Virus record (IMG/VR): IMGVR_UViG_3300037851_001075
Span: 1 to 36,769 of that record
Length of the DNA: 36,769 nucleotides
Direction: 5' to 3' (one strand)
From: a virus
Lineage: Duplodnaviria; Caudoviricetes
The translations under genes were made by a program, and so were the position numbers. Positions 33,904-36,769 of the stretch are shown in pieces. How positions within the stretch are numbered: the first letter of the stretch is position 1; each line of letters begins with the position of its first letter. The notes under the pieces were generated by a model. That model was not told where the DNA came from. It saw only the letters and a list, made by a program, of their open reading frames with translations, and made no database searches.

Positions 33904-36769
33904 TAGTAGTTTACTTCCTTCCCTGTCAGTGCGGGCTTCGAGAAAAGCGCCCATTTGATATCGCCTGTATCGATCGCGCGGGCAAGGCGTTTGATCGCTA
34001 CGCCTGCGGGGACAATGTTCCTTCCCATAAGTTTATAGAACTTCTCAAAGTCAGCGTCCATAAGAGCGCCAAAACCTTCAAATACTATGTTAAATATCGG
34101 GCTTTTATCAGGACGCGGGATCAACTGTTTATTAGCCATAACGTTAAACATCGAGATATCAAAGAAAGTTTTAAGCAGCGCGACAGACGCATACGTCAGC
34201 AGCGCCCAACGGACAACGGCAAGCCGCCCTTCATTGTTTAATTTGTTTATATATTGAACTCCGTCCCCGCCGTCCCGCGTGATCTGTATGAACTTCTTGA
34301 CGTAAGGATTTTTCATATCCTTCGTTGCCTTCATAAGTTCGCCGATTAACTTCCACTGCTTTATTGTATAACTCGAAAGGTGATATAATGACTTTGCAAA
34401 GTTTCCTTTCAACATACGTTCGGTGTGGATCGGCGACCAAAACTGCTGCGTAAAGCGCGACATCTCGCCCGCGATCTGATTTATTTCATATAGACCTACC
34501 CTGTCTTTCCCCGTTGCTTTGAGTATATTCTTCGACATCTCATAAGACCAAACGCGCGTGAAAAACTCGCCCGCCTTTACCGTAAAAAGTGTGCCTTCAA
34601 GAACTTTATTCCACGCGTTTTGCCAAACGCCGCCCTTCATAGCAGCGCTTTCGGGCGCGTCCCCTATAACCCTTTCAAGCGTAGCAAACACACCTTCGCG
34701 TTTCAGAGCAGCCCGCGCCTTCGGATCAAGAACGGTTGCCAATGTTTTAAATAGCCCGCCGCTGATCGCTTGTATAGATTTTAAAGTAGGTATAAGCCCC
34801 GCGTGCGTAGGCATAAGCGAAAGCATAGTAAGCGCCTGCGTGATCTGCAAAATGAAGTTCTGTATGTTTACTCCAAGCACAGCCGAGTAATGCAGCATTT
34901 TTACGTTGCCGACCAACTTGCTGATCGGAGTTAGTCCGATAACGTCCGAAGGTTTGAGCGTTCTCTTTTCCCACGCCTTCTTTGCTTCGTTCCACACTTC
35001 CGCTTCAAAACGGAATATGTTCTCGTTTTTCGCATAACCCTTTTTCAGTTCGGGGTTGCGGATCTTCATCTTCTTCGCAAAAAGTGGGTTTTTTAAAACG
35101 CCCCACAGATACGCTATACTGAACGGCTCTTTGCTTGACAGCGCGTCAAGGAAAGCGCGATCGCTTACCTTCTGCGTTGTAGATATCTCTTCAATATGTT
35201 CCTTCACTATGTCTTTTATGTAATTCCACCCCTTCTGATTAAGGGCGGGATCTGTTGCCTTCTTGTCATCAAGCATTTTGATCTGATTATCGAGCGCAGA
35301 TATCTCGCTTTCGATAACGTCCTTCGGACGGGCAGGCGTTTCGCTTTCAAGTTCTACTACTTTCGCAGCCCGTTCTTCGAGTTTTGCCTGTATGTTATTA
35401 TCTATCTCTTCAAGCCACTCGCCCGCTTGCTTTGCTTTGTTTAACGCTACTTCTCTTACCGTATTAAGCAGTGTTCGATCCGCGTCAAGAAACGCCTTCT
35501 TGAAAGCGGCTTCGGTATAAATGCGCAGCGCTTCTACTGGATCTTTCAAGTGCCGCAAGTTCGCTTCTCTTTCAAGCAAGAACGGATCGAACGCTTCCCC
35601 AAAAACAGCGTTCTTGATCTTCATCTGATCAGCCGTGAGCAAGTTCTGCTTGCCTTCCTTTATGCGGTTTGCTATCTCTTCAAGGACTAAATGCGGAAGG
35701 TATTGTTCCCTGTATTTCGCCTGCTCTTTAAGATCAAACATATCAGCGAAGGTGTCTGTTATCTCTTTGATCCTATTGCCGATCTCTAATTCCTTCGGAG
35801 TTCCTACCTTGTTTTCAAGATCGATCTTTTTGCTTTGATAGTCATCGAAGAACTTTGCCTTATCGATCTTGTGCTGCTTGAATAGTTTGTCGATCGCGTC
35901 TATCTTCGCAGCGAAATCTGTGCGGGCGCGGCTTTGAAGTTTCCAAAAACTGTTTTCTATGTTTGCGAGTTCAGGAAGCCCCATTTCCCGCAGAAAGTCC
36001 ATAATATTGCGATAGTCAAGGATCGATATCGGAACTCTTACCACTTTGTCTATGATGTTTTTTGCTACATAAGAAACGAGATCTGTTAGTTTGAACTGTT
36101 TCAGGTATTCAAGCCCCACTTCCTTTACGTCTGCAAGGCGGGATAGTTCTTCTACCGTCAACGGCTCGCCTTTTGCGGCTTTTTCAAGTGCGATCTTTTC
36201 AAGTTGCTTGTCATATTCAAGCGTGCCTTTCTGCGCTGTCGGCTTTGGCGCTGCTTCGCCCTTCGGCTTTATAATCTCGGCAGAAGGGATAGGCGCGGCG
36301 GCAGCGATCTGTGTCCCTTCTACACCGCTTGCTTCGGGGATCGGCGCTTCGCCTTCCGTTGCAGAAGATCTCGCGGCGCTTACGGCTTCGTTTCCCTTTC
36401 CTGTTGCTATGTCTGCTGCTTCTTTCATATTTCCTAAACCCTGCCCTTTGAACTGTGCAGCCCTTTGCGCTATGTCTGCCCTGATAGCGTCAGGCAAAAC
36501 GCCGCCGTATTTTAAAACCTTTCCTGTTTGAAGACCTACTTCGCGCCCGATCTCGTTGTAAAGCGCCGCGTCCCACTCTTCCGCGATCGCGCGCTTGATA
36601 TAATCAGGCGCTTGCTTTGTTTGTCTATATGCTTCGCGATCGCGGACTATTTTTGCTACTGCTGCTGCTGCCTGCCGCGTGGATCTTGTCCGTTCTGCGG
36701 GCAACTTGCCGCCGCCGCGTGTCTTTTCGATCTTGTTTGTGAGCGCGTTCCTTTGATCATTAAGTTCAG
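33903..36769 (-). CDS. C-terminal part (>950 codons) of the large probable ejection protein; open to the right edge
   Basis: The frame stays open from 36767 (ELNDQRNALTNKIEK...) through the track's TTG at 36704. Helical, with hydrophobic C-terminal segments as in podophage ejection proteins. Confidence 0.7.
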   Translation of the reverse strand, partial: ELNDQRNALTNKIEKTRGGGKLPAERTRSTRQAAAAVAKIVRDREAYRQTKQAPDYIKRAIAEEWDAALYNEIGREVGLQTGKVLKYGGVLPDAIRADIAQRAAQFKGQGLGNMKEAADIATGKGNEAVSAARSSATEGEAPIPEASGVEGTQIAAAAPIPSAEIIKPKGEAAPKPTAQKGTLEYDKQLEKIALEKAAKGEPLTVEELSRLADVKEVGLEYLKQFKLTDLVSYVAKNIIDKVVRVPISILDYRNIMDFLREMGLPELANIENSFWKLQSRARTDFAAKIDAIDKLFKQHKIDKAKFFDDYQSKKIDLENKVGTPKELEIGNRIKEITDTFADMFDLKEQAKYREQYLPHLVLEEIANRIKEGKQNLLTADQMKIKNAVFGEAFDPFLLEREANLRHLKDPVEALRIYTEAAFKKAFLDADRTLLNTVREVALNKAKQAGEWLEEIDNNIQAKLEERAAKVVELESETPARPKDVIESEISALDNQIKMLDDKKATDPALNQKGWNYIKDIVKEHIEEISTTQKVSDRAFLDALSSKEPFSIAYLWGVLKNPLFAKKMKIRNPELKKGYAKNENIFRFEAEVWNEAKKAWEKRTLKPSDVIGLTPISKLVGNVKMLHYSAVLGVNIQNFILQITQALTMLSLMPTHAGLIPTLKSIQAISGGLFKTLATVLDPKARAALKREGVFATLERVIGDAPESAAMKGGVWQNAWNKVLEGTLFTVKAGEFFTRVWSYEMSKNILKATGKDRVGLYEINQIAGEMSRFTQQFWSPIHTERMLKGNFAKSLYHLSSYTIKQWKLIGELMKATKDMKNPYVKKFIQITRDGGDGVQYINKLNNEGRLAVVRWALLTYASVALLKTFFDISMFNVMANKQLIPRPDKSPIFNIVFEGFGALMDADFEKFYKLMGRNIVPAGVAIKRLARAIDTGDIKWALFSKPALTGKEVNY

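Noticed and set aside
1-36769. Alternative genetic code, diversity-generating retroelement, introns or inteins
   Set aside because: Genes are full length in code 11. No reverse transcriptase, TR/VR pair or interrupted core gene was seen.

Overview
This window looks like a near-complete, circularly permuted ~36.8 kb genome of a tailed dsDNA phage with podovirus-like architecture. The minus-strand arm (17989 down to 1, wrapping to 36769 and on to 32158) is one late operon: terS, terL, four signal/anchor-bearing proteins, portal, scaffold, major capsid, adaptor, nozzle, three probable ejection proteins (the largest split by the window edges) and a lysis cassette. The plus-strand arm (19.6-32.1 kb) is early/middle: an ArdC-N/zincin/beta-clamp-like fusion, Dam-family methylase, SSAP-like protein, Cas4/RecB-like nuclease, HNH, VRR-NUC and tRNA-Gln(UUG). 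I recognised no polymerase, primase, helicase, Rep initiator or integrase. Instead, the divergence region holds a bacterial oriC-like element (18038-18297): about 11 exact or degenerate DnaA boxes and two converging 'DnaA box - GC linker - trio-like repeat' modules around an AT-rich core. One DnaA-box array covers the -35 of the late-operon sigma70 promoter. The best candidate new system is therefore a phage that replicates as a host-DnaA-driven mini-chromosome and may time late expression by DnaA occupancy. All protein calls are by-eye motif recognition with no database searches, and word-frequency claims come from visual scanning.
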